NCBI GenBank assembly: GCA_034002925.1
Contig: JAVEZP010000001.1
Location: 209,165 to 273,164 of the forward strand
Source of the DNA: Patescibacteria group bacterium
Lineage (GTDB): Bacteria > Patescibacteriota > Patescibacteriia > Patescibacteriales > UBA12465
Reading direction: 5' to 3'
DNA length: 64,000 nt
Shown here piece after piece: positions 45,724 to 53,284 of the stretch; position 1 is the first letter of the stretch; each line of letters begins with the position of its first letter. The notes under the pieces are model-generated. The model saw only the letters and a list, made by a program, of their open reading frames with translations. It did no database searches and had not been told where the DNA came from. A program made the position numbers and the translations under genes.

Positions 45724-48027
45724 TTAGAATCTTGGTGGTCTTGACCCTTGATCGCGACGTGGAAAACGTCCTCTATCGCCATTATTAGGGCGACGGAAAG
45801 AGCTCCCTCTGCTTTCAGGACTGCCTTTGCCTTTTTCATTTTCCCAATAATGAGCATTATCCTCTAAACCTTTCATACTGAGATTGATGCGGCCTTGATC
45901 ATCTATTTCAATAATTTTCACAGTGACATTGTCACCAATGTTTAATAAATCGCCAGGGGCATTGACGTAGTAGGGAGCTAATTCGCTGCTTCTGATTAAA
46001 CCATCTTGACTATTATTTAATTGTACAAAAGCGCCAAAATCCATCATTCTTACTACTTTGCCCTTGATAATTTCTCCTACTGCAAAAACATGCACAATAT
46101 CTTTGACTTGCTTGACCGCTTCTTGAACTTTATCCACTTCAGTGCCGCAAACCATGACTAATCCGTCGTCATCAATATCAATACTCACGCCAGTTTCATC
46201 AATTATTTTATTAATCACTTTGCCGCCGGGGCCAATAATAGCGCCAATTTTCTCTGGTTCAACATGAAAGCTAATGATGCGTGGAGCATAGGGTGATAGC
46301 TCTGGACGAGGAGCAGGAATAGCGCCTTTGATTACTTCTAATATTTGATTTAGAGCTACTCGTCCTTGTTTGAAGGTTTGTTCCATAATTTCAGGAGTAA
46401 GGCCTTCGGTTTTAGTATCTAACTGAATAGCAGTGAGGCCACTGTCAGTACCAGTAATTTTAAAGTCCATGCCACCATTACCATCTTCAAGGTCTTGAAT
46501 ATCTGTTAAAACCGTCCATTTACTCATGTCTGGATATGAGGCCAAACCCATGGCAATACCAACTACTGGTTTTTTAATAGGCACACCTGCATCCATTAAA
46601 GCTAGAGTAGCGGCGCAAGTGGAAGCCATAGAGGAAGAACCATTAGAGCCTAAAGTTTCACTGACTACGCGAATAGCGTAAGGAAAGTCTTCTTTATTAG
46701 GAATCATTGGCGATAAAGCTTTTTCCGCTAAAGCACCGTGACCAATTTCGCGTCTACCGGTACCTCGAATTGGCGAAGCTTCACCTACAGAATAAGGAGG
46801 GAAATTATAATGATGCATGAAACGTTTTTTGCTTTGTCCATCCATGCCTTCTAAAGATTGTTCTAAGCCAGGTGCGCCTAAAGTGACAATAGACATGACT
46901 TGTGTTTCTCCGCGAGAGAATAAAGAGGTTCCATGATCACGAGGAATAATCGCTACTTCAGCGTTTAATTCTCTAATTTGATCTAAAGCGCGACCATCTA
47001 CTCTCTTTTTTTCTTCAATAATAGCTTTAGTGATTTCAGTATCTATCATTTTTTCTACCAACTTTTTAATAGCTAGAGAACGAAGATCGGAGCTAATTGA
47101 CTGTTCGAATAAATATTCATTCAACTTTTCTTTAATAGCCGATACAGCGGCTTTTCTTTCGCCTTTAGTATAATATTCTTGGACAAATAAAATCTTTTTA
47201 ATATTTTCACTTAACCATTTTTCTGCTAAAACTAAAACTTTATTTCTTTCTTCTTCTTTGGTATTATCTTCAGCGCTTTTTAGTTCTTTTTTTGGACTTT
47301 TTTCTTTAATAGTCACTTCTTTCTTTAATTTTTCAATTAAATCAATCGCGCCTTGCATTTTTTCTTGACCAGCTAAAATCGCTTTTAGCATGTCTGATTC
47401 AGGTATCTCGTTAGCACCCGCTTCGATCATGATGGTTTTAGTTTTACTACCAGCTACAATTAAATCTAAATCACTTAAAGCTTGTTGTTCAAAGGTAGGA
47501 TTATAAATAAATTCTTCATTAATTCTACCGACGCGGATGCCACCAATTGGACCCTTCCAGTCAGCGCCAGAAATAGACAGAGCAGCGGAAGCAGCTATTA
47601 AAGCGACTACATCGTAATCATTTTCCTGATCAATTGCTAGAACAGTTAAAATAACTTGAATATCACGTCTATCTTCTTGATTAAATAAAGGTCGGATAGA
47701 ACGATCAATCATTCTGCCAGTTAAAACAGAGTCATCACTAGGGCGTCCCTCTCTTTTGATCCAGCGAGAACCTTTAATAATACCAGCGGCGTAGAATTTT
47801 TCTTGAAACTCTACCATTAATGGGAAAAAATCAGTCCCTTCCCTTGGCACTGGATTTTGTACTACTGTAGCCATGACTACAGTTTCTCCGTATTGAACTA
47901 AGACGGCAGAATCAGCCTGAAGAGCTAATTTACCTGTTTTGATAGTGAGTTGACGGCCAAGCCAATCTCCGCTAATAATTTTTTCCATAATTTTACTTTG
48001 CTTGGCCTTTAAATTACAGAACTGCAT
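45724..48027 (-). CDS. pnp: Polyribonucleotide nucleotidyltransferase (PNPase)
   Basis: Two RNase PH domains, a KH domain (IGPGGKVINKI), an S1 domain, and an RG-rich tail. The likely true start is ATG 47988 (MEKIISG). Confidence 0.95.
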   Translation of the reverse strand: MQFCNLKAKQSKIMEKIISGDWLGRQLTIKTGKLALQADSAVLVQYGETVVMATVVQNPVPREGTDFFPLMVEFQEKFYAAGIIKGSRWIKREGRPSDDSVLTGRMIDRSIRPLFNQEDRRDIQVILTVLAIDQENDYDVVALIAASAALSISGADWKGPIGGIRVGRINEEFIYNPTFEQQALSDLDLIVAGSKTKTIMIEAGANEIPESDMLKAILAGQEKMQGAIDLIEKLKKEVTIKEKSPKKELKSAEDNTKEEERNKVLVLAEKWLSENIKKILFVQEYYTKGERKAAVSAIKEKLNEYLFEQSISSDLRSLAIKKLVEKMIDTEITKAIIEEKKRVDGRALDQIRELNAEVAIIPRDHGTSLFSRGETQVMSIVTLGAPGLEQSLEGMDGQSKKRFMHHYNFPPYSVGEASPIRGTGRREIGHGALAEKALSPMIPNKEDFPYAIRVVSETLGSNGSSSMASTCAATLALMDAGVPIKKPVVGIAMGLASYPDMSKWTVLTDIQDLEDGNGGMDFKITGTDSGLTAIQLDTKTEGLTPEIMEQTFKQGRVALNQILEVIKGAIPAPRPELSPYAPRIISFHVEPEKIGAIIGPGGKVINKIIDETGVSIDIDDDGLVMVCGTEVDKVQEAVKQVKDIVHVFAVGEIIKGKVVRMMDFGAFVQLNNSQDGLIRSSELAPYYVNAPGDLLNIGDNVTVKIIEIDDQGRINLSMKGLEDNAHYWENEKGKGSPESRGSSFRRPNNGDRGRFPRRDQGSRPPRF

Positions 48028-48107
48028 GCTTATAATGAGCCGTTATTTTAATCGGCGTGAAGCTACAGTGCTATCTATTTAAAGGTCAAGACAATTATAT
48101 TAATTTT

Positions 48108-48644
48108 TTATTTTCTTTTGTTGTAATTACCAATGAGAAATTTTTTATCAATTCCTAAATCGATAAAGTCATCCACTTCTTCTACTAGACGAGACGAACA
48201 TGTTTTGCGAAAAGCCACCGCCTCTACCAAACAACCTTTATTGTTTTGTAAATATGAGACTAAGGGCAGATAATCACCATCACCCGAAACTAAGATGATA
48301 ACATCTAGCTTGTCAGCTAATTTAATTGCATCAATAGCAATGCCAATGTCCCAGTCAGCTTTTTTAGCACCTCCAGCGAATATTTGTAAATCTTTCATGC
48401 GTACTTCAAAGCCTTGTTGGCTTAAAGCTTCAAAAAATGCATTTTCGTCTTCGTTTTCTGCTCTAATAACATAAGCAGTAGCCCGGATTAATTTCCGACC
48501 AGCTACTGCTCTTGTGAGTATTTCTTGAAAGTTGACACGTCTGCCATACAAATTCTTAGCAGAATGATACATGTTCGACACATCTACTAGGACACCAACG
48601 CGTTGCTCTTTATGTTTAATCATAGTAATTTTATTTTTCTTCAA
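48108..48644 (-). CDS. NYN-domain (LabA/DUF88-like) putative ribonuclease
   Basis: [14 protein letters not shown] and [13 protein letters not shown] are NYN/PIN-like acidic motifs. 178 aa. Its start overlaps the rpsO 3' end by 14 nt. Confidence 0.75.
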   Translation of the reverse strand: MKKNKITMIKHKEQRVGVLVDVSNMYHSAKNLYGRRVNFQEILTRAVAGRKLIRATAYVIRAENEDENAFFEALSQQGFEVRMKDLQIFAGGAKKADWDIGIAIDAIKLADKLDVIILVSGDGDYLPLVSYLQNNKGCLVEAVAFRKTCSSRLVEEVDDFIDLGIDKKFLIGNYNKRK

Positions 48645-49041
48645 TCACCTCTTCTTCAAGATTTTCATCCTCTTCAGCACTAACATTATATTTCTTTTCT
48701 TTTAGCATTTCCTCTTCTTCCTCGGCTTGAAGTTTAGCGGCAATTCTTAGTTTTAGCTTAACAGCTAATTCTTTAAATTGTTCAGCATTTTCTTTTTGTA
48801 AATATTTGAGTAATTTACGTCTTTCTCCTACTTTCTTTAAAAGACCGCGACGAGAAGAATAGTCATGCTTATGCTGCTTTAAATGGTCTGTTAAATTTTT
48901 AATTTCTTCAGTTAAAATAGCGATTTGTACTTGAGGAGAACCAGTATCGGTATCATGTACTCGATATTTTTTGATAATTTTTTCTTTGACTTTTTTGTCT
49001 AACATATTGTTTTCGCTTTTTCCAAGAAAAGGGAATTTCAC
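48631..49041 (-). CDS. rpsO: 30S ribosomal protein S15 with acidic C-terminal extension
   Basis: [50 protein letters not shown] is the S15 core. The likely start is ATG 49005 (MLDKK). Acidic tail of about 35 aa. Confidence 0.9.
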   Translation of the reverse strand: MKFPFLGKSENNMLDKKVKEKIIKKYRVHDTDTGSPQVQIAILTEEIKNLTDHLKQHKHDYSSRRGLLKKVGERRKLLKYLQKENAEQFKELAVKLKLRIAAKLQAEEEEEMLKEKKYNVSAEEDENLEEEVIEEK

Positions 49042-49072
49042 CCATTTCCGAGAAAGAGTGTATAGGGCTCTT

Positions 49073-49333
49073 TTATTTTAGAGCGTTTATTTTTTTAGCT
49101 AAACGAGATTTTTTACGAGCAGCAGTATTTTTTTTGATAACGCCTTTTTTAGCTGCTTTATCAATTTTTTTCATCACAGTATTAAAGTCTTCTTTAACAC
49201 TTTTATCACTGCTTTGCACTTTTTTTAAACTTTTTTTAACCGCTTCTTTCATGGTCTTTTTGACTTGTGAGTTAGCAGCTTCTCTTTTCACGCTTTTGCG
49301 TAGTTCTTTTTTCGCCGATTTCTTATTAGGCAT
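49073..49333 (-). CDS. rpsT: 30S ribosomal protein S20
   Basis: [16 protein letters not shown]....N...K....KK is the S20 pattern. 86 aa. Confidence 0.88.
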   Translation of the reverse strand: MPNKKSAKKELRKSVKREAANSQVKKTMKEAVKKSLKKVQSSDKSVKEDFNTVMKKIDKAAKKGVIKKNTAARKKSRLAKKINALK

Positions 49334-49423
49334 ACAAAATTAATATTGATTAAATGTATAAAGTAAGCTTAATTTATCACAAAATTAAATAAAAATCAAG
49401 ACCTAAGTCTTTATTTGTGATTT

Positions 49424-49500
49424 TGGTCGGGGTACTGGGACTTGAACCCAGAATCTCCTGCTCCCAAAGCAGGCGCCTTAGCCAATTAGGCCATACCCCG
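49424..49500 (-). tRNA. tRNA-Pro(TGG), CCA encoded
   Basis: Reverse complement CGGGGTATGGCCTAATTGGCTAAGGC-G-CCTGC-TTTGGGA-GCAGG..GGTTCAAGTCC..TACCCCGACCA. It is the only tRNA in the window with a genomic CCA. Confidence 0.9.
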
Positions 49501-49575
49501 TTATAAAGCAAAAAGCTACAAAGTTATAAAATTAAGTCGATTACTTTATAACTTTATAACTCTTTGCTTATTTTG

Positions 49576-49894
49576 TGCCCCGGGTCAGAATCGAACTGAC
49601 GACACAAGGATTTTCCTTAATCTGAGCCTAGGTTTTCCTAGGGATTGGACTATATCATCTCCGTTTTATTACAGGAATAAAGTGCGGAGTCGGGCGCTCG
49701 CGGCGGGGTTATTGTTGGGCTCACCCGCTAGTCTCTACACCTTTTTCAATCTTAAACCCGATTGAAACTTGGCTCGGGATTGCCTTAGTATTAAAATACC
49801 TTAGGTTTCCCCGAATTCACCCGATTTTCATTTCGATATTTCTATCGAACGGACCGAAAATCAGTCCTTTGCTCTACCACTGAGCTACCGAGGC
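49576..49894 (-). tRNA. tRNA-Phe(GAA) interrupted by a group I intron
   Basis: Exon 1 (49894-49863) is GCCTCGGTAGCTCAGTGGTAGAGCAAAGGACT. Exon 2 (49615-49576) is GAAAATCCTTGTGTCGTCAGTTCGATTCTGACCCGGGGCA. Joined they form a 72-nt cloverleaf very similar to E. coli tRNA-Phe. Confidence 0.88.
49616..49862 (-). other. ORF-less group I intron (IC3-like), 247 nt, in the tRNA-Phe anticodon loop
   Basis: The guide sequence GGUCC pairs with exon GGACU (U:G wobble at the splice site). UUUUC pairs with exon-2 GAAAA (P10). Core blocks GGGGAAACCUAAGG, GGCAAUCCCGAGCCAAG, AAGGUGUAGAGACUAGCGGG and GAUAUAGUCC are present. The terminal nucleotide is G. Confidence 0.85.
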
Positions 49895-49914
49895 CTGACT
49901 GAAAACATCTTTAG

Positions 49915-49987
49915 TTGCGGGAGTCGGATTCGAACCGACGACCTCCAGGTTATGGGCCTGGCGAGCTGCCAACTGCTCTATCCCGCT
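49915..49987 (-). tRNA. tRNA-Met(CAT), initiator-type
   Basis: Reverse complement AGCGGGATAGAGCAGTTGGCAGCTCG-CCAGG-CCCATAA-CCTGG-AGGTCGTCGGTTCGAATCCGACTCCCGCAA. Has a 1:72 mismatch (A:A) and A11:T24, and is close to E. coli tRNA-fMet. Confidence 0.85.
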
Positions 49988-50008
49988 TTTCTTTTTTGAG
50001 GACTCAAG

Positions 50009-50082
50009 TGGGCAATGGAGGATTCGAACCTCCGACCTCAACATTATCAGTGTTGCGCTCTAACCAACTGAGCTAATTGCCC
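50009..50082 (-). tRNA. tRNA-Ile(GAT)
   Basis: Reverse complement GGGCAATTAGCTCAGTTGGTTAGAGC-G-CAACA-CTGATAA-TGTTG..GGTTCGAATCC..ATTGCCCA. Confidence 0.92.
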
Positions 50083-50177
50083 TCAATTTACGGAAAATAA
50101 CAACAAAAAATCAGTTCTTGGCAACTTCTTGATAAAATATAACAGAAGCTGCATAAAAAAGCAAGGCTTTTTTTAGG

Positions 50178-51149
50178 CTAATTTAAATCCTGTGTTAACA
50201 AGAGATAAAGTTCGCTTTTTACATTAGTTTTTCCGCTTTTATTTTCTAAATCAACACCTAAGAGCTTTTGCCAATTTTCGGATAATTCTTCTAAAGAAAA
50301 ATTTTTACTTTGTTGCCAAGCTTTTTTGGCCACAAAAGGATGAATAGAAAGTTTTTGAGCAGCTTCTTGTTCAGTTCTAACGCCTTCTTCTTGTAGTAAT
50401 TTTACACTTAGCATGATTTTTACCTGGCGTTGCAACATGGCTAAGATGTATTCAGCACTTAAACCCGCGAGTAATTGTTCTTCAAGTAGTTTAATGGCTA
50501 AATTTTTATTTTTTGAAACTAAAGCATCAATCAGATTAAAAATATTTTCTTCTATTTCTCCCTTAACCAGCTCATTAACTAATTTTTCGGTAATCGCTTG
50601 ATTGCTAGAAGCTGCTATTAATTTATTAATTTCATTATGTAAGCGCCATAAATCATCCCCAGTTTTACTAACAAGCAGAGTAAGGGCACTAGGCTGAATT
50701 TGAGCTTTTTTGCTTTGGATTTCTTTTTTAGCAAATTGTAGTAATTGTAAATTGTTAAGAATTTTAAATTCTTGGACGTATGGTTGTTTTAACAGCCAAG
50801 TTGCTAACTTTTTTGCCTCGCTATTTAGTTTTGTTTTATAAATAGTCTCTTCATTAAAAATAATAATATTATTTTCTGGATCTTGAGTTTTTTGACTTAA
50901 ATCTAATACATAATTAAAGAGTTCTTTATTTTTATTAACAAAAATATTATTAATTACAATCATTCTTTTTTTACTAAATAATGAGCCGCTATTTATCTGA
51001 GCGCTTAATTCCTTAATGCTAATTTTTTCACCATCAATAACGCTCAAGCTTTGTCCTAGAGGATCTAAGCTGTTAATAAATTTGTCTTTTAATTCTTGAA
51101 GTTTTTGTTGACGACGAAAAGAGTCGGGTCCATGTAATAAAAAAATCAT
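50178..51149 (-). CDS. holA: DNA polymerase III delta subunit
   Basis: 323 aa with an N-terminal IFLLHGPDSF...L pattern and a helical C-terminus typical of HolA. 4-nt overlap with murI. Confidence 0.75.
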   Translation of the reverse strand: MIFLLHGPDSFRRQQKLQELKDKFINSLDPLGQSLSVIDGEKISIKELSAQINSGSLFSKKRMIVINNIFVNKNKELFNYVLDLSQKTQDPENNIIIFNEETIYKTKLNSEAKKLATWLLKQPYVQEFKILNNLQLLQFAKKEIQSKKAQIQPSALTLLVSKTGDDLWRLHNEINKLIAASSNQAITEKLVNELVKGEIEENIFNLIDALVSKNKNLAIKLLEEQLLAGLSAEYILAMLQRQVKIMLSVKLLQEEGVRTEQEAAQKLSIHPFVAKKAWQQSKNFSLEELSENWQKLLGVDLENKSGKTNVKSELYLLLTQDLN

Positions 51150-51967
51150 AATTTAATGTTTTGGCAATTATCCATTTTTTGACCTAAAAATTTTTCTCCG
51201 TTAGCAATGAAAGAGGCAGGATTGTCGGTCACAAAAAATTGACGTGATCCAGTTTTTTTATTTTTTGTAGAAAACTCTAAATGACGTTCTAAATAATCTT
51301 TTAATTTATTAGCTACAATCTCACCTGGATCTGGAACAACACATTGTTTACCAATTAGACGACGAATATTTTTTAATAAAAATGGATAGTGTGTGCAAGC
51401 TAAAATAAGATAATCAATACGTTTACTTTTTAGGGGACGTAGATATTTTTTTAAAATTTTGTGGATAATATCTTCAGAGACACCACCTTCTTCTATTAAG
51501 GGCACCAACAGAGGAGTGCTTTGACTATTAATTATAGCTTCGGGATTTATTTTTCTAATTTCTTGTTCATAGGCTTGTGAATTAATAGTAGCGCGAGTGC
51601 CAATGATGCCTATATTTTTAAAATGGGTTACTTCTTCAGCTAAGGGAACAATTACTCCTAAAATTCTGCGGTCTGGATATTTTTTAGGCAATAATTCGCT
51701 TTGTAATTTTCTTAAAGCTTGAGAGGAGGCGGTGTTACAGGCTAAGATTATTAATTGACAACCCTGAGCAAATAAAAATTCTACTGCTTCTAAGGTGTAT
51801 TGATAAATTCTGTCTTGGGAGTGATTACCATAAGGTACACGAGCTGTGTCTCCTAAATAAATGTAATCGTATTGTGGTAGTTTTTGCAGGAAGTGTTTCA
51901 TGACTGACAGTCCACCCAGACCTGAATCAAAAACCCCAATGATTGTATTAGCTTGTTTTTTTAACAT
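51146..51967 (-). CDS. murI: Glutamate racemase
   Basis: VFDSGLGGLSV, ACNTAS, ACTHYP. ATG 51967 (MLKKQANTIIGVFDSG) is preferred over the longer ORF reaching 52051, which would overlap murD by 104 nt. Confidence 0.9.
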   Translation of the reverse strand: MLKKQANTIIGVFDSGLGGLSVMKHFLQKLPQYDYIYLGDTARVPYGNHSQDRIYQYTLEAVEFLFAQGCQLIILACNTASSQALRKLQSELLPKKYPDRRILGVIVPLAEEVTHFKNIGIIGTRATINSQAYEQEIRKINPEAIINSQSTPLLVPLIEEGGVSEDIIHKILKKYLRPLKSKRIDYLILACTHYPFLLKNIRRLIGKQCVVPDPGEIVANKLKDYLERHLEFSTKNKKTGSRQFFVTDNPASFIANGEKFLGQKMDNCQNIKL

Positions 51968-53270
51968 AATATTTAAATTGTTCTCCTCTTTCTTTGTAGT
52001 TTTTAAATAAACCGAAGCTGGCACAGGCGGTTGACAATAAAACAATATCACCTGGTTTGGCTTTTTTTTGAGCTTGCTCTACGGCTGTTTTCATATTTGA
52101 ACAGGCTATTATTTTTTTGTCTGAAAAACCATTTTTAAGAACAGCTTGTTTAATACGAGAAGTGGCTTGGCCATCTAACAAGATCAAGGTTTTGACTTTT
52201 TGAGCAATAGCTTTGCCTAAGTTTTGAAAATTTGCCCCCTTATCAGCCCCACCAGCAATTAAAATGATTGGCGATGAAAAAGATTGTAAATCTAGAATAG
52301 TGCTTTCTGGAGTGGTAGAAAAGCTATTGTTAAAATAATTGATATTTTTTTTACCTACTACTTTTTCAAGACGATGCTCTAGGTTTTTGAAATTCGCTAT
52401 ACTATTTTCGATAACACTGTTTTTAATTTTTAAAATTTTGCTCAAAGCCACAGCTGCGCCAATATTATCTTGGTTATAATTTCCTTGCAAATTGGACTTA
52501 AGATTGCTTCGTTTAAAATAAATAATTTTACCAGCTAATTTTTGTTTTTTTAAGGTTTTTTCTAAATTTTGATTGGCAACTAAGTATTTATTTTCTTTAT
52601 TGTTAGCAATTTGTAATTTTGCCTGTAAATACTGTTGATAGGAAGTATGGTAATTGGGATTAAGAGGATCAGCGGGCGCTAAATGTTCTTTAAATAAATT
52701 AGTTAACACAGAATAGCGAGGACTAATTTTTAAATCTTCCAATTGGAAGCTGGATAATTCTAACACCAACCATGATTTTGTAGTTAATTGGTCAAAAAAA
52801 TCAAAGGGAGCGATGCCAATATTGCCACCTAAAAATACATCACGACCGCTATCTTTTAAGATTTGATAAATAATAGAGGCGGTGGTGCCTTTGCCTTTGC
52901 TGCCGGTCACACCAATTGTATTAGAAGTTGGGCAGTTAGCCAGAAAAAATTCCATTGGACTACTGACTAAGCGATCTTTCTTAATGGCTTTTTGTACGCC
53001 TGGACACGATAAAGGCCAACCGGGAGAACGAAAAAGCAATTCAAAATCTTCTAAATTGGTGTTAAACATTTTACCTAATCGCCAACTTAATTTATTCTTT
53101 AATTCTTTTTTCTTTATTTTTGTAAATAGAATCTTTTCTAACTCTTGTTGAGAACGTTGATCACAAATACAAACATTTCCTTGATAGGAATGTTTAATAA
53201 GCCAGGTTAATAAAGATAAGTTTTCTTTACCCAGGCCTAAGAGTGCAATATTGTTTGATTCTAGATACAT
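51948..53270 (-). CDS. murD: UDP-N-acetylmuramoyl-L-alanine--D-glutamate ligase
   Basis: GVTGSKGKGTT P-loop, Mur ligase central and C-terminal domains, 440 aa, adjacent to murI. Confidence 0.88.
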   Translation of the reverse strand: MYLESNNIALLGLGKENLSLLTWLIKHSYQGNVCICDQRSQQELEKILFTKIKKKELKNKLSWRLGKMFNTNLEDFELLFRSPGWPLSCPGVQKAIKKDRLVSSPMEFFLANCPTSNTIGVTGSKGKGTTASIIYQILKDSGRDVFLGGNIGIAPFDFFDQLTTKSWLVLELSSFQLEDLKISPRYSVLTNLFKEHLAPADPLNPNYHTSYQQYLQAKLQIANNKENKYLVANQNLEKTLKKQKLAGKIIYFKRSNLKSNLQGNYNQDNIGAAVALSKILKIKNSVIENSIANFKNLEHRLEKVVGKKNINYFNNSFSTTPESTILDLQSFSSPIILIAGGADKGANFQNLGKAIAQKVKTLILLDGQATSRIKQAVLKNGFSDKKIIACSNMKTAVEQAQKKAKPGDIVLLSTACASFGLFKNYKERGEQFKYYVKKTS

Positions 53271-53284
53271 ATTGATGTAATAAT

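Noticed and set aside
49501-49575. Inverted and tandem repeats (AAAGTTATAAA / TTTATAACTTT, CTTTATAA x2) between tRNA-Pro and tRNA-Phe.
   Set aside because: The most likely explanation is a simple spacer hairpin for tRNA precursor processing. It is too short and AT-rich to call a repeat element or MITE.
51968-52051. N-terminal 28-aa extension of the murI ORF (MILFYCQPPV..).
   Set aside because: The extension overlaps the murD 3' end by more than 100 nt and has no similarity to racemases. The canonical racemase N-terminus follows the internal ATG at 51967.
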